Positions 27,274 to 36,699 of a DNA stretch of 39,790 nucleotides are shown piece by piece (position 1 is the first letter of the stretch; each line of letters begins with the position of its first letter). The notes beneath the pieces are model-generated. The model was given only the letters and a program-made list of their open reading frames with translations. It was not told the origin of the DNA and did not search any database. The translations under genes were made by a program, and so were the position numbers. This stretch comes from a virus (lineage: Duplodnaviria; Caudoviricetes), in IMG/VR virus record IMGVR_UViG_3300032247_000920, positions 1 to 39,790 of that record; one strand, given 5' to 3'.

Positions 27274-27717
27274 ATGACAAACCAAGACAAAAACAATTTT
27301 ATGAAACTTATAAATTCTGTAATGAAAATTTATGATAAACCCGAAATTGAATTATCTTTGATGCGGGTTTGGTTTGTAAAGCTGCAGGAATTTGATTTTA
27401 AAACTGTATGCACAGCTTTTAATGCTTATACATCTAAAAACACATCAGCACCTACACCAATAGATATCATTAAGCTTTGCCCTAGGCCAACACAATTTAG
27501 CGCCATAGCAGCGCCTAGAATGGCTCTAGAGGACAGTAAAAAACATGCTGATCAGGTCATGCAAATTGTTTCAAAAACATTATCACCAACAACTGACTAC
27601 AAAGCTTGGGCAAAGCGTATATTAGCAAAACCAAAAAATTATCCTGCAATCTCTATCCGTTTTGCAAAAGAAGCGTTAGAATTGCGCAATGGAATTCAAA
27701 TGGAAAAAGTTTGGTAA
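27274..27717 (+). CDS. Putative helicase loader/inhibitor (lambda P / G39P-like)
   Basis: DK..F..L...Y......WF..L........AF......APTPIDII pattern. Confidence 0.6.
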   Translation: MTNQDKNNFMKLINSVMKIYDKPEIELSLMRVWFVKLQEFDFKTVCTAFNAYTSKNTSAPTPIDIIKLCPRPTQFSAIAAPRMALEDSKKHADQVMQIVSKTLSPTTDYKAWAKRILAKPKNYPAISIRFAKEALELRNGIQMEKVW

Positions 27718-27946
27718 TTTTGCGATAACCGCAAATGGATACTCAATCGCTAAATATATTGTTGCAGATGGCGCAAAATATGGCATATGGGAATTACCAA
27801 ATAAATTATTAGGATTTTATAAGACACCTGCAAAGGCCAAAGAATATGCAATGGATCATTACAAAACAAAACCTTCCGTTCCTGATAGAAAAACTTCAAG
27901 CGCTAGACTACACAAAAAAATGGAAAATAGTGCTTACGGAAAATAA
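27689..27946 (+). CDS. Hypothetical protein
   Basis: LLGFYKTPAKAKEYA; last ~100 bp overlap the NinB-like gene. Confidence 0.55.
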   Translation: MEFKWKKFGNFAITANGYSIAKYIVADGAKYGIWELPNKLLGFYKTPAKAKEYAMDHYKTKPSVPDRKTSSARLHKKMENSAYGK

Positions 27947-28199
27947 AGAAATAAGAACAAACGAACAGAACGATAGACTATGGGCAATGTATAAGGCCAT
28001 AGGCGATTACATTGGTTACTCTCAAGATGAAATGCACAAGATTTTGAAATTCAAATTTTTGCGCACTGAAAGAATACTCAATGATGAATCTTTTGAAGTT
28101 TTGAAAAGCACTACTTCATTGTCTGTTGAGGAAATGACAGATTACATGGATAAAATTGAAATATGGGCAATTACTGAATTAGGTTTTGCTTGGCAATGA
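27846..28199 (+). CDS. NinB-family recombination protein
   Basis: RTNEQNDRLWAM and STTSLSVEEMTDYMDKIEIWA. Confidence 0.85.
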   Translation: MQWIITKQNLPFLIEKLQALDYTKKWKIVLTENKEIRTNEQNDRLWAMYKAIGDYIGYSQDEMHKILKFKFLRTERILNDESFEVLKSTTSLSVEEMTDYMDKIEIWAITELGFAWQ

Positions 28200-28477
28200 C
28201 TAAAGATGAAAAACAACACTATGAAAAACTATCTCAAATCGGCTGCATCGTTTGTCATAATCTCAATTTCGGTTATTCTGCTCCTCACATACATCATATT
28301 AGACATGGTGTTGGAATTGGTCAAAAAAGCCATTGGTCTAACGCTATACCCCTTTGCCCGATGCATCATCAACATGGTGGTTATGGTGTGGCACTTCACG
28401 CAGGTCAAAGAACCTTTGAAAAAAAATATGGCACAGAATCGCAACTTTTACAACAAACTTTAGCTCTTTTAGAGTAG
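28190..28477 (+). CDS. Ref-family (HNH-like) recombination-enhancing nuclease
   Basis: GCIVC, HIHHIR, IPLCPMHH, HAG..TFEKKYG.E. Confidence 0.85.
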   Translation: MAMTKDEKQHYEKLSQIGCIVCHNLNFGYSAPHIHHIRHGVGIGQKSHWSNAIPLCPMHHQHGGYGVALHAGQRTFEKKYGTESQLLQQTLALLE

Positions 28478-28500
28478 AATAATTTTTTTAAGGAATTATT

Positions 28501-28905
28501 ATGAAAACTGTATTTTCAATCAAAGAGGCTCAAACAACGAACGCCACTATTTCAATAGGCGATTTCTTTTTAAAGCTTTTACATGCTGGCACGAACACAC
28601 ATATTCTACATCTTCAAACAAAAAGCTACGCAGAGCATAAAGCTTTAGGCAATTTTTATGAGGCCATTGTTGAACAAACTGACATCTTAATAGAGGAATG
28701 GCAAGGCCGCAAAGGAATAATCATTCAATACCCAAATACTTATATGCCGCCTAAAACAAATGGCCTTGAAGAACTTTTGGACTTGGCCACATTCATTGAT
28801 GAAAATAGAGATATAGTAGGTTCTGAATCTGAATTGCAAAATTCAGTAGATGATATTAGGTCTTTAGTAGATGGAACAATTTATAAATTGATGTTTTTAA
28901 AATAA
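28501..28905 (+). CDS. Ferritin/Dps-like four-helix protein (DUF5856-like)
   Basis: HILHLQTKSYAEHKALGNFYE...D.LIEEWQG, ELQN..D.I....YKL. Confidence 0.78.
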   Translation: MKTVFSIKEAQTTNATISIGDFFLKLLHAGTNTHILHLQTKSYAEHKALGNFYEAIVEQTDILIEEWQGRKGIIIQYPNTYMPPKTNGLEELLDLATFIDENRDIVGSESELQNSVDDIRSLVDGTIYKLMFLK

Positions 28906-28915
28906 AGGAAAAGAT

Positions 28916-29518
28916 ATGACAATACAAGTTGAATACAGACAAGTTTTTGAATTGATCCCTTATGAAAAGAACAGTCGCATTCACAGCGAAATGCAGCTTG
29001 ATCAAATTGCTGCATCAATCAAAGAGTTTGGTTTTCGCAATCCAATTATTGTTGATGGAAACAATATCCTCGCAGGTCATGGCCGCGTAGAAGCTGCAAA
29101 AAAACTCGGCATTGATTTAATCCCAACGATTGACGCATCAGATTTGACTGAAACACAAAAGCAGGCCTACATCATTGCAGACAATAAAATAGCATTAAAC
29201 GCAGAGTGGGACGAATCCATGTTACTTATGGAAATTGAAAAATTAAAAATAAGTGATTTTGATTTGAGCATATTGGCTTTTGATGCATCAGAATTGCAAG
29301 TCAAAGAAATAGATTATTCTATTTTAGATGAGCATAATTTAGATAGACAATTAGATGACATGACCGGGAATTCAAAAAAAGCAATCCAAATTGAATTTGA
29401 ACCTGATCATTATGAGGAAGCTCAAGAGTTATTCAAATTTTGGCGCAACGAAGGAGCATACATTGGCTCTATGGTGATTCAACACCTACGCTCTGAAAAA
29501 AATAAATTGATAGCATGA
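28916..29518 (+). CDS. ParB/Srx N-terminal domain protein
   Basis: LIPYEKNSRIH, SIKEFGFRNPI, ILAGHGRVEAA, YIIADNK. Confidence 0.92.
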   Translation: MTIQVEYRQVFELIPYEKNSRIHSEMQLDQIAASIKEFGFRNPIIVDGNNILAGHGRVEAAKKLGIDLIPTIDASDLTETQKQAYIIADNKIALNAEWDESMLLMEIEKLKISDFDLSILAFDASELQVKEIDYSILDEHNLDRQLDDMTGNSKKAIQIEFEPDHYEEAQELFKFWRNEGAYIGSMVIQHLRSEKNKLIA

Positions 29519-30246
29519 TAGTTTGTATCCCATCAAGAAAAAGACCTGACACAAAAACTTGGAAATTATTTGTTGATGCAGGATATGAGGTATATCATTT
29601 TTTAGAGCCTCAAGATTTCACTGATTATGATGTGCCTAACAAAATCAACATTGGCGAAAACAATAAAGGCCTTATGTATGTCAGAAACTTCAAATTAGAT
29701 TGGTTAAAAAAAAATGGGCATAAATGGGCGTGGTTTGCAGATGATGACATCACAAGTTTCGGTATATACAATGGCAGAACAGTCAAAAAAGATGCGAGCA
29801 TTTTAAAAACGATTGAAGATGCTGCGGCAAAATTGCCCTTTGAAATTATTGGAATGAATTACTGTCAGCATGCGTGGCATGAAAAGAAAGCATGGAGTGT
29901 CAATCGCAAATTTCCTGATGTATGCGCTTTGCTTAATGTAGAAAAAATCAAATGGCGTTTCAAAGAAAAGTTTCCTTTAAAAGGGGACAGGGATTTTGCG
30001 TTGCAATGTATCAAATATGGTTCAGGCATTTTAAGATTTAATCATATTTGGTTTAACTGCCCAAATGTCGGAAGTAATGCGGGGGGTTTGCAAGAAAAAT
30101 ATCAAAAAAAAGAAGATGAGGAAGCAGCTCGCATGATTGTCAGAGAGTGGCATCCATTCATTACTTTAAAAATGAACAAAGGCCGCATAGACATGAAAGC
30201 AGATATCAAAGCTGTGGCCGCACATTACAAAAAAGAAATTGTATGA
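29515..30246 (+). CDS. TET-associated (TAGT/GREB1-like) GT-A glycosyltransferase
   Basis: CIPSRKRP, VRNF, WFADDDI, GDRDFALQ, GSNAGGL; adjacent to the TET/JBP gene. Confidence 0.82.
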   Translation: MIVCIPSRKRPDTKTWKLFVDAGYEVYHFLEPQDFTDYDVPNKINIGENNKGLMYVRNFKLDWLKKNGHKWAWFADDDITSFGIYNGRTVKKDASILKTIEDAAAKLPFEIIGMNYCQHAWHEKKAWSVNRKFPDVCALLNVEKIKWRFKEKFPLKGDRDFALQCIKYGSGILRFNHIWFNCPNVGSNAGGLQEKYQKKEDEEAARMIVREWHPFITLKMNKGRIDMKADIKAVAAHYKKEIV

Positions 30247-31034
30247 AGCGCGTAGATTTAAGCCCGCTAGAGCATACAATCAAAATTGGTGATGAGTGTG
30301 GTAACTTACAACCCAATGTTACCGAGGACACTATTTTTTATGCTGATGGTGTGCCGATAGGATTTTATTTAAAACAAATAAGCGGTAAACTTAAACAGTA
30401 TGTTGAGATAGCTAATGCAGAGTTACTTTCTGATCGTGTGCCAAAACAAAACATGGACAGAAAAAAACCTATGGGGAAAGATGAGAATGGTAAAAACATT
30501 TATCGCATCATCACTCAATACAGCACAATCATAGGCTCTATTCCTGCAAAGCCACACATGAGGCGGCCATATCCTAATATCAGTAGTGTGCATAGAGTTG
30601 AAAGCGCCAAGACATTTATTAAGGCCATGATGCTCGCATGTTATGAAGCAGAGGAAGTAATAAAATGCCTAGCGCCCAATATATTTGAAAACCAATTGAA
30701 AGTAGTAACAGAGAGCATACCGCCTAAATATAGATTCGGCAGACTGTTCACATCAAGCATCAGTAATTTCAATATTGCGGCCAACTATCATATTGATGGG
30801 GGTAATCTTGAAGGGTGTGTCAATGTAATTATTGCAAAAAAAAGTAATGCAAAAGGTGGCAATACGACTGTTCCCGATTATAATGCTACTGTAGATAGTG
30901 CAGATAATTCTATGTTAGTTTATCCAGCTTGGCGTAATGTGCATGGGGTAACACCTATCATACCTATTCAAGAGGGTGGTTATAGAAATAGCCTTGTATT
31001 TTACGCATTGAAATCATTTAAAGAATTTTGGTAG
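30243..31034 (+). CDS. TET/JBP-family Fe(II)/2-oxoglutarate 5-methylpyrimidine dioxygenase
   Basis: FTSSISNFN, YHIDGGN (HxD), VHGVTP, RNSLVFY; ATG at 30243 overlaps the GT stop (ATGA). Confidence 0.88.
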   Translation: MKRVDLSPLEHTIKIGDECGNLQPNVTEDTIFYADGVPIGFYLKQISGKLKQYVEIANAELLSDRVPKQNMDRKKPMGKDENGKNIYRIITQYSTIIGSIPAKPHMRRPYPNISSVHRVESAKTFIKAMMLACYEAEEVIKCLAPNIFENQLKVVTESIPPKYRFGRLFTSSISNFNIAANYHIDGGNLEGCVNVIIAKKSNAKGGNTTVPDYNATVDSADNSMLVYPAWRNVHGVTPIIPIQEGGYRNSLVFYALKSFKEFW

Positions 31035-31466
31035 ATGCCCACTGTCCCTAAATATAGTAAGTGTAGGGAGTTAGGCTGCAATAACCCAAAGACATACAGA
31101 TCAACATTTTGTGTGCAACATGGTGGAGGAACGACAGAAAAAGGAAAAGAAAATAATAAGCTTTACGGAACTGCATTTTGGAAAAAGCAAAGAAAGATAC
31201 AGTTAAGCAAGAATCCATTATGTGCAGCTTGTTTATTGGAAGGCAAGGTTGTTCAAGCAGAACATATAGACCATGTATTCCCACATAGACAAGATCAAAA
31301 CAAATTCAAAAGCAATCTGTTTCAAAGTTTATGTGTTCCGCATCATACATTAAAAACACAAGAGGAAAACAAAGGCATTTATTTATTTTATTCACCTAAT
31401 GGCATGATTACTTATACAGACAACGACTATGGTTTCCAAGTTACTAACGAAACAAAATTTGCGTAA
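31035..31466 (+). CDS. HNH endonuclease (HK97 gp74-like terminase cofactor)
   Basis: CRELGC..FCVQH, NPLCAAC, IDHVFPH, NLFQSLCVPHHTLKT. Confidence 0.9.
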   Translation: MPTVPKYSKCRELGCNNPKTYRSTFCVQHGGGTTEKGKENNKLYGTAFWKKQRKIQLSKNPLCAACLLEGKVVQAEHIDHVFPHRQDQNKFKSNLFQSLCVPHHTLKTQEENKGIYLFYSPNGMITYTDNDYGFQVTNETKFA

Positions 31467-31773
31467 AATATACAAGCTATGTATATCATTACCCCCATTC
31501 AACGAGTATCAAATGCCACAGCCTCACAAAATTCAATTTTCAGTTATAGACACAAATGAAGTGATGGGATATTTTCATACAGAGCCTATGAGAATTGAAG
31601 TGGATAAGATGTGCGACAGCTTTCTGAAAGTGTTTGAAACAATTATGCATGAGTGTATCCATGTTTATTTATACAAAGCTAATCATTCAGATTTTGATCA
31701 GCATAATTATAAATTTAATAAACTAGCCAAACGCATATGTGATCTGTATAATTTCAATCATGAGGAGTTTTAA
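31429..31773 (+). CDS. SprT-like zinc metallopeptidase domain protein
   Basis: TIMHECIH (HExxH) plus downstream H. Confidence 0.75.
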   Translation: MVSKLLTKQNLRKIYKLCISLPPFNEYQMPQPHKIQFSVIDTNEVMGYFHTEPMRIEVDKMCDSFLKVFETIMHECIHVYLYKANHSDFDQHNYKFNKLAKRICDLYNFNHEEF

Positions 31774-32157
31774 ATGGGAAGTTTAATCAATCTAATATTA
31801 CCTGCATTAGTCCCAGCATTTACTGATGGAGTGAGAGGATTATTTGCAAAGTTTACAGGTGGCGCAGGTGGACAACCACAAAATATGCAAGAGCGCATAT
31901 CTCTTATTCAAGCAGAAACAGAAAAGCTTAAAGCTTTGGCACAATTAGACACTCCATCAGGCGAACCATCAAAATGGATTGTTGATTTGAGAGCATGCTA
32001 CAGATATGTTATCATTACATTTATATTATTGGCTACGATAGCTGTGGTATATTCACCTAATGTTCCTGTGTCAATAGTAGCAGTGTTTCTTGACATGACA
32101 GGCGCTTGCATGAGTTTCATTATTGGGGAAAGAATGTATTTGAGTATTAAAAAATGA
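31774..32157 (+). CDS. Membrane protein, possible holin
   Basis: C-terminal hydrophobic helices, WIVDLRA..R and FIIGER motifs; directly upstream of the endolysin. Confidence 0.6.
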   Translation: MGSLINLILPALVPAFTDGVRGLFAKFTGGAGGQPQNMQERISLIQAETEKLKALAQLDTPSGEPSKWIVDLRACYRYVIITFILLATIAVVYSPNVPVSIVAVFLDMTGACMSFIIGERMYLSIKK

Positions 32158-32588
32158 ATTTATCAGAACATTTTACTTTAGAGGAGCTAACATACAGTGA
32201 TATTTCTGTCAGACATAACTTGGACAATAGTCCCAGCGGTGATGTTGTCGTCAATCTTACTCGCCTTGCCAAATTCCTTGAGACTGTTCGCTCTTTACTT
32301 TCTAAACCTATTCATATTAATTCTGCTTATCGCTCACCTAACGTCAATAATTTGTTAGGTAGCAAACCGACATCACAACATTGTATAGGGTGTGCAGCAG
32401 ACATAACAGTGAGTGGTATGGCACCTGACCAAGTCATCAAGGCCATAGTAAATAGTAAGGTAGCATATGACCAAGTAATAAGGGAGTTTGATTCATGGGT
32501 GCATATATCAATACCCCCTAATGAAACAGTAAAGCCAAGGAAACAAGCACTCATTATAGATAAGCAAGGAACAAGACCATACACATAA
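32154..32588 (+). CDS. Peptidase M15A endolysin
   Basis: LSEHFTLEEL, INSAYRS, SQHCIGCAADI, WVHIS. Confidence 0.92.
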   Translation: MNLSEHFTLEELTYSDISVRHNLDNSPSGDVVVNLTRLAKFLETVRSLLSKPIHINSAYRSPNVNNLLGSKPTSQHCIGCAADITVSGMAPDQVIKAIVNSKVAYDQVIREFDSWVHISIPPNETVKPRKQALIIDKQGTRPYT

Positions 32589-32597
32589 GGATAAGAC

Positions 32598-32891
32598 ATG
32601 ACAATTAAAACAATATTAAAAGACAGACAAAAACAACATGGTAACTATCAAGACAGAGCTGACCTAACGATTGACCTACAGAACACAATAGATAATTATC
32701 GTTACAGCCTTCACGATCACCTACCTAACTACCAACTAGATGCCTTACGCATGATCTGTGTCAAGATAGCTCGCATAGTGAATGGGGACAACAACTATGT
32801 AGATCATTGGACAGACATAGCAGGCTATTCCCAACTCGTAATAGATGTAATACAATCCCAATCTGAATCCTCTCCCTCGCCTAGTAAGTAA
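32598..32891 (+). CDS. DUF6378-like protein
   Basis: RQKQHGNY, KIARIVNGD.NY.DHWTDIAGYSQL. Confidence 0.8.
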   Translation: MTIKTILKDRQKQHGNYQDRADLTIDLQNTIDNYRYSLHDHLPNYQLDALRMICVKIARIVNGDNNYVDHWTDIAGYSQLVIDVIQSQSESSPSPSK

Positions 32892-33032
32892 GTCCTAAAC
32901 ACGAGCAAACAGAGCAAGTGGCAATAACTTAAATTATAAGGATAAAACTAAAAAACAAGCGGGGGAACAATCTTTCGCAAAGCGGGTTGCAAGGGGGGGT
33001 GGTAACTCTTTAATTAAAAAGGAATATTTAAA

Positions 33033-33512
33033 ATGGCACAATCAAGAAACAAGCTTCCGCCTGAACTTCACATAGTGCATGGCACGAAAGGCGAAAATCA
33101 AGGAATCGTTTTGCCTGAAAAACTAAAACAATATATTCCTGTGGCGCATTGGTTAAAAAATCCTGACAGCTGGGATCAAGAAAAGTTTATTGAAACTACT
33201 TCAAAATATTTGTTTGATTTGTATGGTATTGGATCGGAACAAGACCAACATGTCCTCGGTATGTTAGCCGACCACATGACCACTTACATAGAATGCGTAA
33301 AAGGCATAAAGCTCACAGGCGTTATTAGTAAATACAATGGTGGCAAAACACTTGGTCCATCACCTCATGTTTCTTTAAGGGACAAAGTAACTCCACGAAT
33401 CATTTCTTTGATGAACGAACTTGGCCTTACACCAAGAGGCAGGTTACAAGGCAACGCTACAGACAACATTGCACTTGGTGAATTAATGATGGGTCCCGAC
33501 AACTTTAAATGA
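33033..33512 (+). CDS. Terminase small subunit (P27 family)
   Basis: PPELHIVHGT N-terminus; ELGLTPRGR C-terminus. Confidence 0.9.
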   Translation: MAQSRNKLPPELHIVHGTKGENQGIVLPEKLKQYIPVAHWLKNPDSWDQEKFIETTSKYLFDLYGIGSEQDQHVLGMLADHMTTYIECVKGIKLTGVISKYNGGKTLGPSPHVSLRDKVTPRIISLMNELGLTPRGRLQGNATDNIALGELMMGPDNFK

Positions 33513-35170
33513 ACGATTGGCAAGAAGGCATACAATATGCCATTGATGTAACTAAAGGCAATATTCATGTTTGTAAAAATGTAGAACTCGCTTGTCAGCG
33601 TTTTTTAGATTTTATGGGGAACAGACATTGGGAATATGAATTTCATGAAAAGTATGTGCGTCACTTTTTAATGTTTGTAGATTTGTTGAAACATACAAAA
33701 GGTCCCGATGCAAGAACACCCATAAAATTACAGCCATTTCAAATTATGCTAATTTCCGCTATTTATGGATTTAGGCACAAAAAAGATTTGACTAAAAGAA
33801 TGACGACAGATGTTATTCTTTTCATTCCACGCAAAGCTGGTAAATCAACACTCACTTCAATTATTGCTTTGTATGAGCTTATGTATGGCGAAACTGGTGC
33901 TGAGGTATTTACTTTAGCCACAAATAGAGAACAGGCCACTATTGTATTTGACGCAGCAAAAGGTATGGTTGAATCTATGCCTTCATCAGCGCAAAGCTGG
34001 TTCATAAATAGTAAATATCAATTATCCAAAAAAGGCGACAGCCAATCTATGTTCCGTGCTTTATCTAGGGACAATAAAAAATCAGGTGATGGTAAAAATG
34101 CAAGCTGTGCCATTATTGACGAGGCCGCTCAAATTGTAGATAGAAATTCTATTGAGGTTGTATTTTCAGGCATGGTGGCTCGTAAAAATCCATTGCGTAT
34201 TTACATTACAACAGCAAGCTTTTCAAAAGACACAAAATTTTATGAAGATATGGCCATGTTTGAATCCATGCTTAAAAACGAGGCAGAGGACAATCCTCAT
34301 TGGTTTGGTTTACTTTATGGCCTTGATCCCGCAGATGATTGGCGAGATGAATCAACTTGGAAAAAATCTAATCCGATGCATGGTATTTCTATTTATCAAC
34401 ATGCCATTGAGGAAAGGTGCGCACAGGCCAAACTAAAACCCGCATCACTTAATGAGTTTCTTTGCAAAACTTTAAATGTATTTGTCAGCGCAAATAGCGC
34501 TTGGATTGACAGGGACTATTGGGACAAGTCTATTGGTGAAAACAAACCCGAACCTGAAGAAGTGTTTATTGGGTTTGACTTGGCGGCCACTCGCGACCTT
34601 AATGCTGTATGCACATTAAAAAGATATGCTGAACATGAGTATTTTGCAGAGTTTAAATTTTTCCTTCCTGAAGATGGCCTTGCATTGATTCCAACACATT
34701 ACAGGCCAATATTTGACCAAGCTGTAAAATCTAAAATATTGCACATTACAGAAGGCAATGTTATGGACGATAGGGAAGTTTCAGAATATATAAAACAACA
34801 AGCTTCTATATACAATATTAAAGAAGTAGGATATGATGCTTACAATGCAGCTAGTTTAATTGCAAGGCTACATGAAAATAGCATTCCTGTTAAAAAAGTA
34901 GGGCAAGGAATGGCCGTATTATCAAACCCGTCTAAGCATGTAGAAAAATTGATAATGCAAAATCAAATAAAACATGACGGCAATCCTTTTGTCGGTTGGC
35001 AATTGGGTAATTGCGAAGTTTATGAAGATGTAAATGGGAATATTAAAATTCGTAAAAACGAAGCAGACAAAAGCGCAAAGGTTGATGGTATAATAGCGCT
35101 TATTATTGCGATGCATTGCTCATTAGATCACCCATTGCTTTCTACTTCATTTGGATTCAGAAGTATTTAA
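33509..35170 (+). CDS. Terminase large subunit
   Basis: LQPFQ, PRKAGKS (Walker A), IIDE (Walker B), ITTA, GFDLA, KVDGIIA. Confidence 0.97.
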   Translation: MNDWQEGIQYAIDVTKGNIHVCKNVELACQRFLDFMGNRHWEYEFHEKYVRHFLMFVDLLKHTKGPDARTPIKLQPFQIMLISAIYGFRHKKDLTKRMTTDVILFIPRKAGKSTLTSIIALYELMYGETGAEVFTLATNREQATIVFDAAKGMVESMPSSAQSWFINSKYQLSKKGDSQSMFRALSRDNKKSGDGKNASCAIIDEAAQIVDRNSIEVVFSGMVARKNPLRIYITTASFSKDTKFYEDMAMFESMLKNEAEDNPHWFGLLYGLDPADDWRDESTWKKSNPMHGISIYQHAIEERCAQAKLKPASLNEFLCKTLNVFVSANSAWIDRDYWDKSIGENKPEPEEVFIGFDLAATRDLNAVCTLKRYAEHEYFAEFKFFLPEDGLALIPTHYRPIFDQAVKSKILHITEGNVMDDREVSEYIKQQASIYNIKEVGYDAYNAASLIARLHENSIPVKKVGQGMAVLSNPSKHVEKLIMQNQIKHDGNPFVGWQLGNCEVYEDVNGNIKIRKNEADKSAKVDGIIALIIAMHCSLDHPLLSTSFGFRSI

Positions 35171-35179
35171 AGGATAAAC

Positions 35180-36589
35180 ATGGATATATTTGATATATTC
35201 AAAAAAAAACCTAATCAAAACACGCAAGAAAGTAACACTCTTTTTGGTCAAACTGCCCTTGGAAATAACATTTTACGGAATGTTAATGCTCAAGGTGTTC
35301 AATCCTCAAACCAATTATTATATGTAACTACTTCATCAGTTAATACTGCTGGTCGTGTTGTTGATATGTCTATGCTGTCACGCAACTCGACAGTTATGGC
35401 TTGCGTAGGTGCAAAAGCAAGAGCATTAGCTCAATTGCCTATAAAAATAATGGCATACAGAGAAGATGGCAATTTAGTAGATGCAATTACTGATCCTAGC
35501 GTTTCTGCAAGAGATAAAGCTAAAGCAAAATCAGTTTATTATTTATTAAATGAGCCAAACCATTATCAATCAGCTTATGAGTTTTGGTATCAATTTAGTA
35601 TGTGGTTAGATTTAAGTGGTGAAACATTTATTGCATTGTGGCGCAAAGATCAAGAAAATCCTTCCCAAACGCCTATGGAAATGTATTTACTTGATTCAAC
35701 TTTGATTACATCTCAAATAACGCCAACTCGTTATCCTACTTATAGACTATCAACAAATACATATGGTTTCAACAAAGACGAACCGCTCGAATATTACCAA
35801 GTTATTCATTCTACAGAAGCAGCTTGGCAAGGTAGCGCAGGTTTCAATAAAGGTATTTTAGCTGTTGAATTAGTTTCTTTAGATCAAGATATTGATTTAT
35901 ATTCTAATTTTATTATGTTGAATGGCGCTAAACCTAGTGGCATGTTCATTACAGATCAAGTCATTCCTGATGCTAAATTCAAAGAAATTGCAGCAAGATT
36001 AAAAGAAGCATGGACTTCATTGACAGGTTCACGCTCAACAGATTTATCAAAACCAGGACAAGGAATGTTGCTAGATAATGGCATGAAATATATGCCACTT
36101 GATATGCTTACGCTTCAAGATGCTGATGCAAGAGAATTGAAAACACAAACTATGAAACGCATATGCGGTTTATTTGGTGTTCCACCTGCAATGATTGGTA
36201 TTGCAGATCAAAAATATAATAACACTCAAACTATGTTAGATGAGTTTTATAAATCCACAATGTCACCATTGATAACTAATATTCAACAAAAATTTAAAAC
36301 ATCTTTGCTTTCAGGCTATCCAAATCTTTGTATTGAGTTTCAAACTGAAAACTTTTTGAAAGGCGCACCGCTTGATCAAATGAATTATGCTGTAGCAGGT
36401 GTAAATGCTGGTATAATAACACCTAATGAAGCGAGAGAGTATTTGGGAAAAACTAATTTACCTGACGCTGACAAATTACTAGATAAAAGCACAAAACAAT
36501 CCAATATTAGTGGCACATCACCGCAAGATACAGGTGGCGGTGGAAATACTTCCTCTGTAGGCAAAACAGGCCAAGCAGGTAAAGCCTAA
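35180..36589 (+). CDS. Portal protein (HK97 family)
   Basis: TVMACV...LAQLP, NGAKPSG, ICGLFGVPPAMIG, ITPNEAREYLG. Confidence 0.96.
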   Translation: MDIFDIFKKKPNQNTQESNTLFGQTALGNNILRNVNAQGVQSSNQLLYVTTSSVNTAGRVVDMSMLSRNSTVMACVGAKARALAQLPIKIMAYREDGNLVDAITDPSVSARDKAKAKSVYYLLNEPNHYQSAYEFWYQFSMWLDLSGETFIALWRKDQENPSQTPMEMYLLDSTLITSQITPTRYPTYRLSTNTYGFNKDEPLEYYQVIHSTEAAWQGSAGFNKGILAVELVSLDQDIDLYSNFIMLNGAKPSGMFITDQVIPDAKFKEIAARLKEAWTSLTGSRSTDLSKPGQGMLLDNGMKYMPLDMLTLQDADARELKTQTMKRICGLFGVPPAMIGIADQKYNNTQTMLDEFYKSTMSPLITNIQQKFKTSLLSGYPNLCIEFQTENFLKGAPLDQMNYAVAGVNAGIITPNEAREYLGKTNLPDADKLLDKSTKQSNISGTSPQDTGGGGNTSSVGKTGQAGKA

Positions 36590-36699
36590 TGACATTAAAA
36601 GAGTTACTTGAAAAATTAACCCAACAGGCTAAAAAGCGTAAACCGCAACCTGTTGAAACTAACGGAATGAAAAAAAAGGGAGTGCCAATCAATGACTGA
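36589..36699 (+). CDS. Small basic protein (36 aa, not in ORF track)
   Basis: MTLKELLEKLTQQAKKRKPQPVETNGMKKKGVPIND; TAATG coupling to portal, overlaps the protease start. Confidence 0.6.
   Translation: MTLKELLEKLTQQAKKRKPQPVETNGMKKKGVPIND

Noticed and set aside
30147-30242. N-terminal extensions in the ORF track (30147; similarly 24522, 26889, 23322)
   Set aside because: Downstream ATGs with RBS or stop-start overlap and family-typical N-termini are better starts
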